Source of the DNA: Terriglobia bacterium
GTDB lineage: Bacteria > Acidobacteriota > Terriglobia > 2-12-FULL-54-10
Direction: 5' to 3'
DNA: 64,000 nt
Assembly (NCBI GenBank): GCA_963662495.2
Contig: CAXVYQ010000004.1
Coordinates: forward strand, 7,331 to 71,330
Shown: piece after piece, positions 18,880-30,015 of the stretch
How the letters are laid out: each line of letters begins with the position of its first letter
Numbering within the stretch: position 1 is the stretch's first letter
Position numbers and translations under genes: made by a program
Notes under the pieces: generated by a model
The model's database searches: none
What the model was told of the DNA's origin: nothing
What the model saw: the letters and a program-made list of their open reading frames with translations, nothing else

Positions 18880-20457
18880 TTACTCCTCCTCCGCGCTCTC
18901 CTCCTGCCCGGCCGCCGGGCCCGGGGCCTCGGCCGGAGATGCCACTTGTGCCGTTGCGTAGTAGTCCGGCCGGACGCGCTCCACGATGCGCTGTACCGGT
19001 TTTTCCAGGATATGGAAGAACGGTCTCGGGTACAGACCGATCCAGAAGGCCCAGATGACCAGTGGAATCAGCGTCATGAACTCCCGGAAATTGATGTCCT
19101 TGAGCGTTTTGTTCTTCTCGTTGTCCAGCGTTCCAAACATGGTCCGCTGGTAGAGCCAGAGCAGGTAGGCCGCGCCCAGCACGATGCCGCTCACGCCGAT
19201 GGCCGCCCAGACTTTGTTCTCCTCGAAGGTGCCCTGCAGGATCACGAATTCGCCGATGAACCCGTTCAGAGTGGGCAGGCCGAGCGAAGACATGGCGATG
19301 ATGAGGAACAGGGTGGCATAGACGGGCATCACGTGCGAGAGGCCACCGAACTCGGAGATTTCACGCGTATGCCGCCGCTCGTAGATGATACCCACAATCA
19401 GGAAGAGCGCGCCGGTGGAGATGCCGTGGTTGATCTGCTGGATGATGCTGCCGGTGATCCCGTTCGGATTCAACACGAAGATCCCCAGGGTGATGAACCC
19501 CATGTGGCTGACCGAGGAGTAGGCGACCAGTTTTTTCCAGTCCTTCTGCATCAGCGAAACCAGCGCGCCATAGACGATGGCGATCAGCGAGAGCGTTACC
19601 ATCGCGCTGACCACGCGGGGGTCGCGCGAGGCATCGGGCAGCATGGGAAGTGAAAACCGCAAGAACCCGTAGGTGCCCATCTTCAGCAGAACCCCGGCCA
19701 GAATGACCGACCCGGCGGTGGGCGCCTCCACGTGGGCATCCGGCAGCCAGGTATGGAACGGGAACATGGGAACCTTGATGGCGAATCCGACGAAGAACGC
19801 CGCAAAGATCCACAGTTGCAGATCGAGCGGCATATTCATATTCGACAGGGTCGGGATGTCAAAGGTATAGACGCCAGTCTGGGAATGGTTCCAAAAGTAC
19901 AGGCCGAAGATGCCCAGCAGCATCAGGACAGAGCCGACCAGCGTATACAGGAAGAACTTGATCGCGGCATACAGTTTCCGGGGGCCGCCCCAGATGCCGA
20001 TCAAGAAGTACATCGGGACGAGCATCACTTCCCAGAACATGTAGAACAGGAAGAAATCCATCGTCATGAACACGCCCAGCATCCCCGTCTGAAGGATCAG
20101 CAGATAGATGTAGTATTCCTTCACGCGATCCTGAATAGCGGACCAGGAGCAGAGCACCGCCAAATATCCGATCAGGGTGGTGAGCATCACCAGCAGAAAG
20201 CTGATGCCGTCGATCCCCAGCGAGTAATTGGCGCCGATGGAAGGAATCCATTCGACCTTTTCGAGAAACTGGAAGCCGCCAAGGTCGGCATCGAACCAGA
20301 AGACCAGCAGGAGCGAGACGAGAAACCCCGTGAAGCTCACGATATTCGCCGTCAGCCGGATCAGGCTTTTGTTCGCCGACGGCAACAGCAGCAGGAGCAT
20401 CGCCCCGGCCAGCGGCAGGAACATCACCACGCTCAGGATATGTTCATGAAACCACAT
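18880..20457 (-). CDS. nuoM: NADH-quinone oxidoreductase subunit M
   Basis: FWEVMLVPMY and PFHTWLPDAHVEAPTAGSVILAGVLLKMG. Confidence 0.96.
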   Translation of the reverse strand: MWFHEHILSVVMFLPLAGAMLLLLLPSANKSLIRLTANIVSFTGFLVSLLLVFWFDADLGGFQFLEKVEWIPSIGANYSLGIDGISFLLVMLTTLIGYLAVLCSWSAIQDRVKEYYIYLLILQTGMLGVFMTMDFFLFYMFWEVMLVPMYFLIGIWGGPRKLYAAIKFFLYTLVGSVLMLLGIFGLYFWNHSQTGVYTFDIPTLSNMNMPLDLQLWIFAAFFVGFAIKVPMFPFHTWLPDAHVEAPTAGSVILAGVLLKMGTYGFLRFSLPMLPDASRDPRVVSAMVTLSLIAIVYGALVSLMQKDWKKLVAYSSVSHMGFITLGIFVLNPNGITGSIIQQINHGISTGALFLIVGIIYERRHTREISEFGGLSHVMPVYATLFLIIAMSSLGLPTLNGFIGEFVILQGTFEENKVWAAIGVSGIVLGAAYLLWLYQRTMFGTLDNEKNKTLKDINFREFMTLIPLVIWAFWIGLYPRPFFHILEKPVQRIVERVRPDYYATAQVASPAEAPGPAAGQEESAEEE

Positions 20458-20513
20458 TCTTTTCCGTCCTCATTCCGAATTTCGATGCGCGAGCCAAATC
20501 GCTTCCCGAACCA

Positions 20514-22565
20514 TCAGCGCAACCAGAAGTAGCTGAAGAAAACCACCAGCCCGATCAGGATAGACAGGGCAGCGGTCTGCACCAGCCCGGTCTGCAGCAG
20601 CCTGACCGGAAAGGAAAGAACCTTTACCCCCAACGCACTCACCCGCACGGCGCCATCGATGACCCAGGTATCCCACCAGATGGACAGCCGGGAAGTGAGC
20701 CGGGTCAGCCAGGCCGCGCCGTTCACGCCGCCGTCGATCACCCTGGCATCAAAACGGCTCAGCTTCTCGCCGCCGCCCATCGCCAGGCCATGTACGAAAA
20801 ACTTGTTGTAAACCTCGTCCACATAGTACTTGTTTTCTAACAGCCGGTGGACCCCGCTGAAGCTGGTGGCGAGCCGTTCGGAGGCCGCCCGGTTCTTCAG
20901 GAAGAAATAGTAAGCCGCCGCGACTCCCGCGCCGGCGATGCCCACCGAGAGAGCCATCAGCATGTATTCCAGCGCGTGAGAATGTTCGGCCGCGTCCGCC
21001 GCCTGCGCCGCCAGCGCAAGATGCGCCGGCTCGAAAACAGGCTCCAGCCAGTGCTCCAGATGGTTACTGCCGCCGAGCACAGCAGGTATGCCGATCCACC
21101 CGCCCGCAAAGGAGAGTACCGCGAGGATGATGAGCGGAATGGTCATCACGGGAGGAGATTCGTGCAAATGATGCTCGGCCTCATCCGAGACGCGCGACTC
21201 GCCGAAGAAAGTCAGGAACATCAGCCTCCAGATATAGAGCGCAGTCAGACCGGCCGTAAACAGGGCGATCAGATAGAGCAGCGTCCCCGAGCCGATGGGA
21301 TTGATGAAGGTCAGCCACAGTATTTCATCCTTGCTGAAAAAGCCGGAAAACAGCGGGGTCCCGATAATCGCCAGCGCGGCGACGAAAAAGGTTTTCGAGG
21401 TGATGGGAATCTTCTTCCACAACGCGCCCATCTTGCACATGTTCTGCTCGCCGCTCAGCGCATGGATTACGCTTCCGGCGCCGAGGAAGAGCAGGGCCTT
21501 GAAGAAGGCATGGGTCATCAGGTGGAAAATCCCTGCGCCGAACGCGCCCACGCCACAGGCCAGCACCATGTAACCGAGCTGACTGACAGTGGAGTAGGCC
21601 AATACGCGTTTGATATCGGTCTGCGCGATGGCGATGGTGGCGGCAAACAGGGCGGTAAACGCTCCCACGCCGGCCACGACCGCCATGGTCTCCGGCGCCA
21701 TCGCATAGAGCACGCTGGAGCGTGCGATCAGGTAGACGCCCGCCGTTACCATCGTCGCGGCATGGATCAAGGCGCTCACCGGGGTGGGGCCTTCCATGGC
21801 GTCCGGCAGCCAGACATAGAGCGGCACCTGCGCGGATTTCCCTGTAATACCGATGAACAGCAGCAACGTCATCAGAACGATCAAGGCGTCGCCCGAAGAG
21901 AACCGGCCACTGGCGGCCTGCCCCATGACCGTGTTGTAGTGCACCGAGCCAAAGACCTCCAGCATGAGGAACATGCCGAGGATCACGCCGGCATCACCGA
22001 TCCGGTTGGCGATAAACGCCTTTTTCCCGGCATCGGAGGCGGATTTTTTGTGGAAGTAGTACCCGATCAGCAGGTAGGAGCAGACGCCCACGCCCTCCCA
22101 GCCCACGAACAGCAGCAAATAATTGTTCGCCAGAACCAAGGTGAGCATCGAGAACATGAACAGATTCAGATAGCCGAAGAAACGGTAGTAGCCGTCTTCC
22201 CCGGCCATGTATCCCACCGAGTAAACGTGGATCAGGAACCCGACACCTGTAACCACCAAGATCATCACCGAGGAAAGCGGATCGAGCAGAAAACCCCAGT
22301 CGGCCGCCAGGGTGCTCAAGGTCCCATCGGCGGTGCGGAACGTAGCGCCAGGCACCCAGGTGTAGAGAATTTTTTCATAGCTGCGCTCGCTGAGCGAAGC
22401 CAACTGCACAACGGCTCCGAGCGAAAACAGGAAGGAAATCCCGACCGTTCCAGGACAAATCAGGCTCACCAGCCGCTTCGGCAATCGCTTGCCGATGAGC
22501 AGCATCAGAATGGCGCCCGCGGCGGGAAACAGCGGAATCAGCCAGATTTGTTCCAGAAAATTCAT
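20514..22565 (-). CDS. nuoL: NADH-quinone oxidoreductase subunit L
   Basis: GKSAQVPLYVWLPDAMEGPTPVSALIHAATMV and HAFFKALLFL. Confidence 0.96.
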   Translation of the reverse strand: MNFLEQIWLIPLFPAAGAILMLLIGKRLPKRLVSLICPGTVGISFLFSLGAVVQLASLSERSYEKILYTWVPGATFRTADGTLSTLAADWGFLLDPLSSVMILVVTGVGFLIHVYSVGYMAGEDGYYRFFGYLNLFMFSMLTLVLANNYLLLFVGWEGVGVCSYLLIGYYFHKKSASDAGKKAFIANRIGDAGVILGMFLMLEVFGSVHYNTVMGQAASGRFSSGDALIVLMTLLLFIGITGKSAQVPLYVWLPDAMEGPTPVSALIHAATMVTAGVYLIARSSVLYAMAPETMAVVAGVGAFTALFAATIAIAQTDIKRVLAYSTVSQLGYMVLACGVGAFGAGIFHLMTHAFFKALLFLGAGSVIHALSGEQNMCKMGALWKKIPITSKTFFVAALAIIGTPLFSGFFSKDEILWLTFINPIGSGTLLYLIALFTAGLTALYIWRLMFLTFFGESRVSDEAEHHLHESPPVMTIPLIILAVLSFAGGWIGIPAVLGGSNHLEHWLEPVFEPAHLALAAQAADAAEHSHALEYMLMALSVGIAGAGVAAAYYFFLKNRAASERLATSFSGVHRLLENKYYVDEVYNKFFVHGLAMGGGEKLSRFDARVIDGGVNGAAWLTRLTSRLSIWWDTWVIDGAVRVSALGVKVLSFPVRLLQTGLVQTAALSILIGLVVFFSYFWLR

Positions 22566-22569
22566 CGAG

Positions 22570-22878
22570 TTACCATTTCATGAGGTTCATTTCGTCGGCC
22601 TGCACGGTTTCCTTGTTCCGGAACAGGGCGATCAGAATACCAAGGCCCACGGCCGCTTCCGCCGCCGCATCCACGATGACGAAGATGGCAAACACCTGGC
22701 CGTTGACCGACAGCAACTGGTTGGAAAACGCCACCAGATTGATGTTGACCGCGTTCAGCATCAACTCAATCGATATGAGAATGATGATGACGTTCCGCCG
22801 CGTGAGAACGCCAATCACCCCGATCGTAAACAGGGCGGCGCTCAGAAAAACATAATGAGCCGTCGGCACAGGCGGCAT
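22570..22878 (-). CDS. nuoK: NADH-quinone oxidoreductase subunit K
   Basis: [10 protein letters not shown] and AAAEAAVGL. Confidence 0.95.
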   Translation of the reverse strand: MPPVPTAHYVFLSAALFTIGVIGVLTRRNVIIILISIELMLNAVNINLVAFSNQLLSVNGQVFAIFVIVDAAAEAAVGLGILIALFRNKETVQADEMNLMKW

Positions 22879-22889
22879 TCCAGTCTCCC

Positions 22890-23405
22890 TTACTCCAGAT
22901 CCTTTTTGGCCAGCACAACCGCGCCGACCATGGCAACCAGTAGCAGCAAAGAGGCTATCTCAAACGGCAGCAGATAGTCCCGGTACAGGGCCAGGGCCAC
23001 CAGCTCGGTGTTCGGCTGCAGTGTCCCGCCAAAGCTCTCGGCGAAATAAAAAGCCTCTTGACCTTTGTAGATAAAATAGCCCAACTCAATCAGCAGCAGC
23101 GCCGCGCAGGTGATCCCCAGAGGCCACTGGCCCGAGTACTGCCGCTCGCTGGCGGCCTCCTCCAGGTTCACCAGCATAATGACGAACAGGAACAGCACCG
23201 TGATGCCGCCGATATATACAAGCACCTGCACGGCGGCGAGGAATTCAGCGTTCAGGTGCAGGTACAGGCCCGCCACTCCCAGCAAGGTAACGACCAGCCA
23301 GATGGCCGCGTGCACGGCGTTGCGGCGCGTGATCGTAATGACCCCGCCGCCCAGGATCACCCCGGCCAGAATATAGAAGAACGCATTGGGGAGAACGGTT
23401 TGCAT
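22890..23405 (-). CDS. nuoJ: NADH-quinone oxidoreductase subunit J
   Basis: [26 protein letters not shown] and YLLPFEIAS. Confidence 0.95.
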   Translation of the reverse strand: MQTVLPNAFFYILAGVILGGGVITITRRNAVHAAIWLVVTLLGVAGLYLHLNAEFLAAVQVLVYIGGITVLFLFVIMLVNLEEAASERQYSGQWPLGITCAALLLIELGYFIYKGQEAFYFAESFGGTLQPNTELVALALYRDYLLPFEIASLLLLVAMVGAVVLAKKDLE

Positions 23406-24595
23406 CAGTTACCCAGCCAGCGGACCACCTGGTCCCATTGCATTACGAAACCGGTAACGATCACATTGGCGATCGCAATCGGAATCAGCCACAGCCATCC
23501 AATCTGCATCAACTGGTCATAGCGGTATCGCGGCAAGGTGAAGCGCACCCAGATGAACGTATAGATGCCCAGAAAAACCTTCAGCCCGAACCAGAACAGC
23601 CCTTCGATGGCGGCCCGCGCTTCCGGGATCAGGCAGACGCCCGCCACCAGAAAGAATGCCCCGGCCAGCCCGCCCATCCCCAGCTTCTGCGGGAGTCCGG
23701 TCTCGCGCATCGCGCCGAGCAGCGACATTGCGCCCAGCCCGCCGAACACCAGCACGGGGAAATAATCGATGAATCCCAGGGCCTCGACGTTCGGAAACGG
23801 CCGCATCCATCCGCCGAGGAACAGGATCGTCATGAGCGAGCAGACGATCACGATGTTGGAATACTCGGCCAGGAAGTACAGTGAGAAACGAAAGCCGCTG
23901 TATTCGGTGTGGTAGCCGGCCACAATCTCAGATTCGGCTTCCGGCATGTCGAACGGCGTGCGGTTGGTCTCCGCCAGGGCGGCGATTACATAGATCACAA
24001 AGGCTACCGGCTGGTAAAAGATGAACCACATCCGCTGCTCGTTCTGCGCCTCGACGATGCCCTGCAGGCTCAGCGTGCCGGCCAGCATCAGCCCGCCGAT
24101 CAGCGAAAAGCCCAGCGCCACCTCGTAGCTCACCAGTTGTGCCGTGGAGCGCAGCGCGCCGAGCAACGGGTAGTTGCTGTTCGAGCTCCAGCCGCCCAGA
24201 ATGATCCCCAGAATACCCACGGAAGTTAAGGAAAGGACGAACAGCAACCCGATATTGGTGTCCGGAACCGGAAGCCGGTCGCTGAAGGGGATGAGAAAGA
24301 TCGCCAACAGCGCCGTTACCACCGAGATGATCGGCGCCAGCCAGAAGACCCATTTATCGGTCAGGGCCGGGATGATGTCTTCCTTCAACAGCAGCTTCAC
24401 GGCATCGGCCAGCGGCTGCAGCAGGCCGTGCGGGCCCACGCGCATCGGCCCGAGACGGGCCTGGATGTCCGCCATCACTTTTCGTTCCAGCAGGACGATA
24501 TAGCCGGTCATGAGCGGGAACACCATCAACAGCACCAAACCATAGACGAAAGGCCAGAAATACGGTTCGATGGCTGGTGGAATCGGCAGTGGCAA
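23405..24595 (-). CDS. nuoH: NADH-quinone oxidoreductase subunit H
   Basis: ERKVMA.IQARLGP, QPLADAVKL, RTPFDMPEAESE, PRYRYDQLM. Confidence 0.96.
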   Translation of the reverse strand: MPLPIPPAIEPYFWPFVYGLVLLMVFPLMTGYIVLLERKVMADIQARLGPMRVGPHGLLQPLADAVKLLLKEDIIPALTDKWVFWLAPIISVVTALLAIFLIPFSDRLPVPDTNIGLLFVLSLTSVGILGIILGGWSSNSNYPLLGALRSTAQLVSYEVALGFSLIGGLMLAGTLSLQGIVEAQNEQRMWFIFYQPVAFVIYVIAALAETNRTPFDMPEAESEIVAGYHTEYSGFRFSLYFLAEYSNIVIVCSLMTILFLGGWMRPFPNVEALGFIDYFPVLVFGGLGAMSLLGAMRETGLPQKLGMGGLAGAFFLVAGVCLIPEARAAIEGLFWFGLKVFLGIYTFIWVRFTLPRYRYDQLMQIGWLWLIPIAIANVIVTGFVMQWDQVVRWLGN

Positions 24596-24702
24596 GTTGC
24601 AAGTCCTCTCTGGCAGTCAGTCCCGGCGGCTACTTCCGGTCAGTGGCATGCAGGCTTCATGCCTGCGGTCAGCCGGTGTCAGCAATCCACTTCACCCAAA
24701 AC

Positions 24703-25824
24703 TCAGCGGTCCACTTCTCCCAGAACAATATCGATCGTCCCGATGACGGCCACCACATCGGCGATCAGCAGCCCGCGTACCATACAATCCAGAGCCTGCA
24801 GATTGATGAACGACGGCGGCCGTACGTGGATCCGGTAGGGCTGCGTGCTCCCGTCGCTCACCACATGGTAGCCGAGCTCCCCCTTGGGAGCCTCGATCGC
24901 GTGATAGACTTCCCCGACCGGCGGCTTGATGATCTTCGGGACCTTACACGTAATCGGCCCATCCGGCAGCTTCTCCAGCGCCTGCCGGACGATGCGGATC
25001 GACTGGCGCATCTCTTCCATGCGGACCATGTACCGGTCGAAGGTGTCGCCGTTCTGCCCGGTGGGTATATCAAAATCAAAATCCGGATAGGCCGCGTACG
25101 GCTGCGCCTTCCGCAGGTCCATCTCGACTCCCGCGGCGCGCAGCAGTGGCCCGGTAACGCTCAGGTCGATGGCCTGCTCGGCCGTCAGAATCCCCACACC
25201 CTTGGTGCGCTTCAGCCAGATCCGGTTGCCGGTCAGCAGTGTCTCATACTCGCCGATGTGGAAAGGAAACGTATTGCAGAACTCCTTGACCTGCTGCTCG
25301 AACCCGTCATAGGTCTCATACTGCAATCCGCCGATGCGGAACGCATGTGTGGTCAGCCGCGCCCCGCAGTAATTCTCGAAGATCTTCAGCACCTCCTCGC
25401 GTTCGCGGAAGGTGTAAAACAAAGGGGTGATCGCCCCCAGATCGAGTGCATGGGTACCCAGCCACAACAGGTGGCTGGAGATTCGGTTCAGCTCCGTCAG
25501 TATGACCCGGACGTAGTTGGCCCGAGGCGGCGCCTCCACCTGCAGCAGCTTCTCCACGGCCTCGCAGTATCCCAGCCCGTTCGAGACAGCGGCCACGTAA
25601 TCCATCCGGTCCACATAGGGCGCAAACTGCGTGTAGGTGCGGTTTTCGGCGATCTTCTCCACGCCCCGGTGCAGGTAGCCGATGACCAATTCAGTTCCGC
25701 GGACCTTTTCGCCATCCAGTTTCAGGATGACGCGCAACACCCCGTGCGTGGACGGATGCTGCGGTCCCATGTTGATGACGATTTCGTTGGCATCCAGGAA
25801 GGTCGCCTGCGGTGTCGTCGCCAT
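24703..25824 (-). CDS. nuoD: NADH-quinone oxidoreductase subunit D
   Basis: [29 protein letters not shown]. Confidence 0.96.
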   Translation of the reverse strand: MATTPQATFLDANEIVINMGPQHPSTHGVLRVILKLDGEKVRGTELVIGYLHRGVEKIAENRTYTQFAPYVDRMDYVAAVSNGLGYCEAVEKLLQVEAPPRANYVRVILTELNRISSHLLWLGTHALDLGAITPLFYTFREREEVLKIFENYCGARLTTHAFRIGGLQYETYDGFEQQVKEFCNTFPFHIGEYETLLTGNRIWLKRTKGVGILTAEQAIDLSVTGPLLRAAGVEMDLRKAQPYAAYPDFDFDIPTGQNGDTFDRYMVRMEEMRQSIRIVRQALEKLPDGPITCKVPKIIKPPVGEVYHAIEAPKGELGYHVVSDGSTQPYRIHVRPPSFINLQALDCMVRGLLIADVVAVIGTIDIVLGEVDR

Positions 25825-25870
25825 TATGGCGTCCCCACGGGGCGGAGCTTCGCGTTGCGTCGGTGCCTCA

Positions 25871-26488
25871 TTACTGCCCGCTTTCGATGTGCAGGTTTTC
25901 CTTCACCCAGTTTTTGTCCTGCTTCAGGATGGGGTAATCTTTCCGCAGTGGATAGCCTTCCCACTCATCCGGCAGCAGGATTCTCTTCAGGTTCGGGTGG
26001 TGGTCAAACGGGATGCCGAACATGTCGAAGACTTCCCGCTCCATCCAGTCGGCCCCGCTCCAAACAGGAAAAACGCTTTCGACCGTTTCATTTTCACCCA
26101 CATAGGCCTTCACCCGCAGCCGTTCATTGGCCGCGAAACTATACAACTGATAGATGACGTCGAACCGCTGGTCCCGGCTGGGATAGTCCGCGGCGGTCAG
26201 GCTCGTCAGCATCTCGTACCCGCTCTCGCCCTTCAAGTGCTGGGCCAAGGGAAGGATGCTCTCCCGGGGAACGATCAGGCAGTTTTCCCCCAGATGGGAA
26301 TAAGCTTCCATCGCCATCTCGGGAAATGCGGCGCGAAGCGACGTTACCAGTTCGGATTCCCATGGTTCGCCCACGGGAGCCGAAGGGTCCGGCGGCGCCG
26401 GCTTGACCGGGGCAGCAGCCTCATTGGCTGGCTTGGCAGCGGGCGCACCCTCTTGTTTTTGTGTTTCCTGCGGTTTTTCGTCTGACAT
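25871..26488 (-). CDS. nuoC: NADH-quinone oxidoreductase subunit C
   Basis: [21 protein letters not shown] and GYPLRKDYP. Confidence 0.95.
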   Translation of the reverse strand: MSDEKPQETQKQEGAPAAKPANEAAAPVKPAPPDPSAPVGEPWESELVTSLRAAFPEMAMEAYSHLGENCLIVPRESILPLAQHLKGESGYEMLTSLTAADYPSRDQRFDVIYQLYSFAANERLRVKAYVGENETVESVFPVWSGADWMEREVFDMFGIPFDHHPNLKRILLPDEWEGYPLRKDYPILKQDKNWVKENLHIESGQ

Positions 26489-26542
26489 TCCGTCCTGATT
26501 TGCCGATTACAACACCTGTCTTATACGCAGTAGAACCTTAGA

Positions 26543-26572
26543 TTTTTAACATATCGCGGAAATAAGTGTCAA
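26543..26572 (-). promoter_or_regulatory. Putative sigma70 promoter upstream of nuoC
   Basis: Minus-strand TTGACA (26572-26567) followed 18 nt later by TAAAAA with an extended TG. Confidence 0.45.
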
Positions 26573-26833
26573 CGATGAAACGGTCTGCTCGTTCTTTTAA
26601 CTGGCTTTTAACGGGTTGTCGAATCCCTGATTGCAGGCGATGAGGAAGGCATTGCGGATCAATTAGAAGTGGCCCGAACCCGGCTGGCCCGGAACCGACT
26701 CGCAAGACCAAATCCGCCGGATGTACCAGTTTGTGACTGCTTGGGAACCCTTTTCCCTTGATGAAACTGTTGCCGTTTCCCTACAATCATGATTCGGCTG
26801 CCCTGTCAGGGGGCCTTTTGGTAGACCTTTGGA

Positions 26834-28568
26834 ATGAAGCGCATGCGGATGCTTTATGTAATTCTGGCGGTGATGCTGCTGGCCAGCGTCGGCCCGCTCA
26901 TTTTCTATGCCTCCAAGACCAATGGATATCAACCGGCAGGCGCTGGAAACCAATGAAATCCTGCTGCAGAACACGATTACCCATTCCATCGCCGAAGAGA
27001 TTTCTATCCACAATCAGAGCTTTCATCAATTGCTGGACAACCTGGATCAACTGCTGACCGCCCGCTCCGACTGGCTTCGAGGCCGGAATCCGTTCCAGAA
27101 CCAGCAGTTACGGACCATGCTGGAGCAGATCGTGGGCTCCTCGAACAACATCATTTATGCCACCCTGCTGGATGCCCAGGGAAAGGGGATTCAGGCCGGA
27201 AACTACTCCGCCGATTCCGACCCCTTCCTGGCCCGTACGCTGGACCGCGCCTTCGGCGCCGCCCAGCAGCGCCGTGAATACCAGAGCGATCCGGTGCAGA
27301 TCTCGCAGGCCCAGAGCCTGTTTCCAGCCATGCTGGTTTCCCGGCCCATCCTCCGCGACGACAAGTTCCAGGGCATGATGGCCGTGGTGTTGAACCTGCA
27401 GTTTCTGGTAGACCGTCTCGATTCCAGCAGCACCAACGGCCTCCGGGCTTTTATCGTGGATCAATTGGGCCGCCTCATCCTGTCTCCCGATCTGCAGAAC
27501 GAATCGCTCGGCCAGAACATGGACCAATCGCCCATTGTCCAAATGTACCTGAGCTGGAAGGGCAATGTCCTGGGCGCGGAGACCAGCGAGTTCGATCTGG
27601 AAGAGAATGGCGAATCGATCCCGATGGTGGGCACTTACTGGCCCGTTCAGTCGATGGGCTGGGCCGTGATCGCCCAGAAACGGCGCGAAGACTCCTATTA
27701 TGCCGTACAGGCAGTAGCTACGGCGACCATGGCATGGGCAATCGTGGCATTGCTGATGTGTCTGGGACTGTCTTATTTCCTCAGCCTGTGGGTGGTCCGG
27801 CCCATCCGTTTTCTCACCGAGGCCAGCCGGTCCATCGCCCAGGGCGACTTCAGCAAGCGCATCCAGATTCGCAACCGTACGGAGGTCGGAGAACTGGCGG
27901 CCACCTTCAACCACATGAGCGCCGATCTCGAACTGCACATCCAGCGCCTGAAGGATGCCGCGGATCGGAACCATCAGCTCTTCATGGAATCCATCCGCAT
28001 GATGGCCACCGCGGTGGACGAGAAAGACCCCCACACCCACGGCCACTCCGAGCGCGTCTCGCGTTACTCCGTCCTCATCGCGCAGCACCTGAAATTGCCC
28101 GAACAGGAGGTGGACAAGATCCGCATCTCGGCCCTGCTGCACGACATCGGCAAGATCGGAATCGAGGACAAGATTCTCAAAAAACCCGGCATGCTCACCC
28201 CGGAAGAGTTCGCCATCATGAAGCAGCACCCGCAGAAGGGCGCCGTGATCGCAGGCCGTGTTGCCCAGCTGAGAGAGATGGTGCCCGGCATCGAGCTGCA
28301 TCACGAATGGCTGGACGGCCGGGGTTATCCCTACGGGCTCAAGGGGGCCGAGGTCCCGCAGATGGCCCGCATCATCTCGGTTGCCGATACGTTCGATGCC
28401 ATGACGACCCACCGGCCTTACCAGAGCGCCATGGAGCCCCAGGTCGCCGTCGAGTACATTCAATTCTGCGCCGGGCAAAAGTTCGACCCCGATGTCGCCG
28501 CTGCCCTGGAGGCCATCTACGAAAGCGGCCAGATGAAGATGCGCAGCACGGCCGCCGCCATGGCCTAA
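26834..28568 (+). CDS. Membrane HD-GYP c-di-GMP phosphodiesterase (Cache-like and HAMP domains), frameshifted near 26921
   Basis: TM1 MKRMRMLYVILAVMLLA... lies in another frame and joins MDINRQ if one A is removed. HAMP EVGELAATFN, GHSERV, LLHDIGK, HHEWLDGRGYP. Confidence 0.85.
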
Positions 28569-28671
28569 TACGCCCGCCCCCGCCCCCACCCGGCGCTATG
28601 CAACCCGAGCCGGTTTCATGGCACAATAGAAAACCTGTCAGCCGCATCGGGCAGGAAAGGACTCGACCCGC

Positions 28672-29931
28672 GTGGAAACAAAAAACGAACCGGAAAGCCT
28701 CTCGCGTGGAACCGTCGCGGCAACCCCCGCGACGCCATCCCGCAGGGTCAAACCCTCGGAGAGAACGGAACGGATGCACTATGCCATCCGCGACGTTCTG
28801 CTGGTGGCGGACCAAGCCCGCGCGACGGGAAAAAAACTCGTCAACCTCAACATCGGCGACCCTCTGCTTTATGACTTCGAGACGCCGCCGCATATGATCG
28901 AGGCCATCTATCACGCCATGCGCACCGGACACAACGGGTATGCGGAATCCAAAGGCGTCCCCGAGGCGATCGAGGCGATCCGCGAGGATGCGCACCGCTC
29001 CGGCATCGTCAACATTCAGGAGATCTTCATCCACTCCGGTGTCAGCGAAGGCATCGACATGGCCGTGGCCGCCCTGGTCGATCCTGGCGACAATGTCCTC
29101 ATCCCTTCGCCCGGCTATCCGCTATACGACACGGTCCTGGCGAAGCTGGGGACCGAGGCCGTTTTTTACCGCATGGATGAATCCAACGGATGGCAGCCCG
29201 ATCTGGACGATATCGCCAGCCACATCAACAATCGCACCCGCGCCATTGTCGTCATCAACCCCAATAACCCCACCGGGGCTGTATACAGCAAAGAATCGCT
29301 TCTGGGAATTCTGGAGCTGGCTTCCCGTCACGGTCTGGTCGTCTTCTCCGATGAGATCTATTCGAAGCTCCTGCTCGACCCGGTGGAATTCACCCCGATC
29401 GCGAGCCTGGCGCCCGAACTGCCCATCATCACCTTCAGCGGCCTGTCCAAGGCCTATCTGGCCCCCGGCTTCCGGACCGGCTGGGCAATCATCAGCGGCA
29501 ACCGGAACGACCTTGCCGGCTACACGGAGGGCATCGCCCGTATGCTGCGGGCGCGGCTTTGCTCCAGCAATCCCATGCAGTTTGCCATTGAGCCGGCGCT
29601 GGTCGGCGATCAGGGCCATATCCCGCGCATGGTGGAAAAGCTTCGCAGCCGCCGGGACCGCATGATGAAGATCTTCGAATCGTTCTCCCGGATTCACTGT
29701 GTCGCGCCACAGGCGGCTTTCTACGCCTTTCCCCGCCTCGACATTCCCCGCACGGACACGGAGTTCGTCCGCGACCTCATCATGGAAACCGGCGTCATCA
29801 TCGTTCCCGGCTCCGGCTTCGATCAGGCTCCCGGAACGCGGCACATCCGCCTCGTTTTCCTGCCGCCCGAGCAGTTGCTCGATCAAGCGCTGCCCCGGAT
29901 CGGCCACTTCGCTGAAACCTGGTCCTCACCG
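28672..29931 (+). CDS. Class I/II PLP aminotransferase (AlaA-like); stop absent, reads through into the next gene; end approximate
   Basis: LNIGDP, INPNNPTG, SDEIY, GLSKAYLAPGFRTGW. Confidence 0.85.
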
Positions 29932-30015
29932 CCCGCTTTCCTTTCATTCCGCTCTTCGAATACAATCGGCTCGTCGATTCCCGAAATCGCTATTCCTCTC
30001 AAGGAGGCTCTCGCC

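Noticed and set aside
20847-22583. Long antisense ORFs (578 aa here; also 24577-26157, 27108-28589, 47915-49342, 51848-53404, 61682-63208)
   Set aside because: They are shadows of well-supported genes in high-GC DNA and have no motifs.
26915-26925. Programmed ribosomal frameshift in the HD-GYP gene
   Set aside because: No slippery sequence or stimulatory structure, so a simple indel is more parsimonious.
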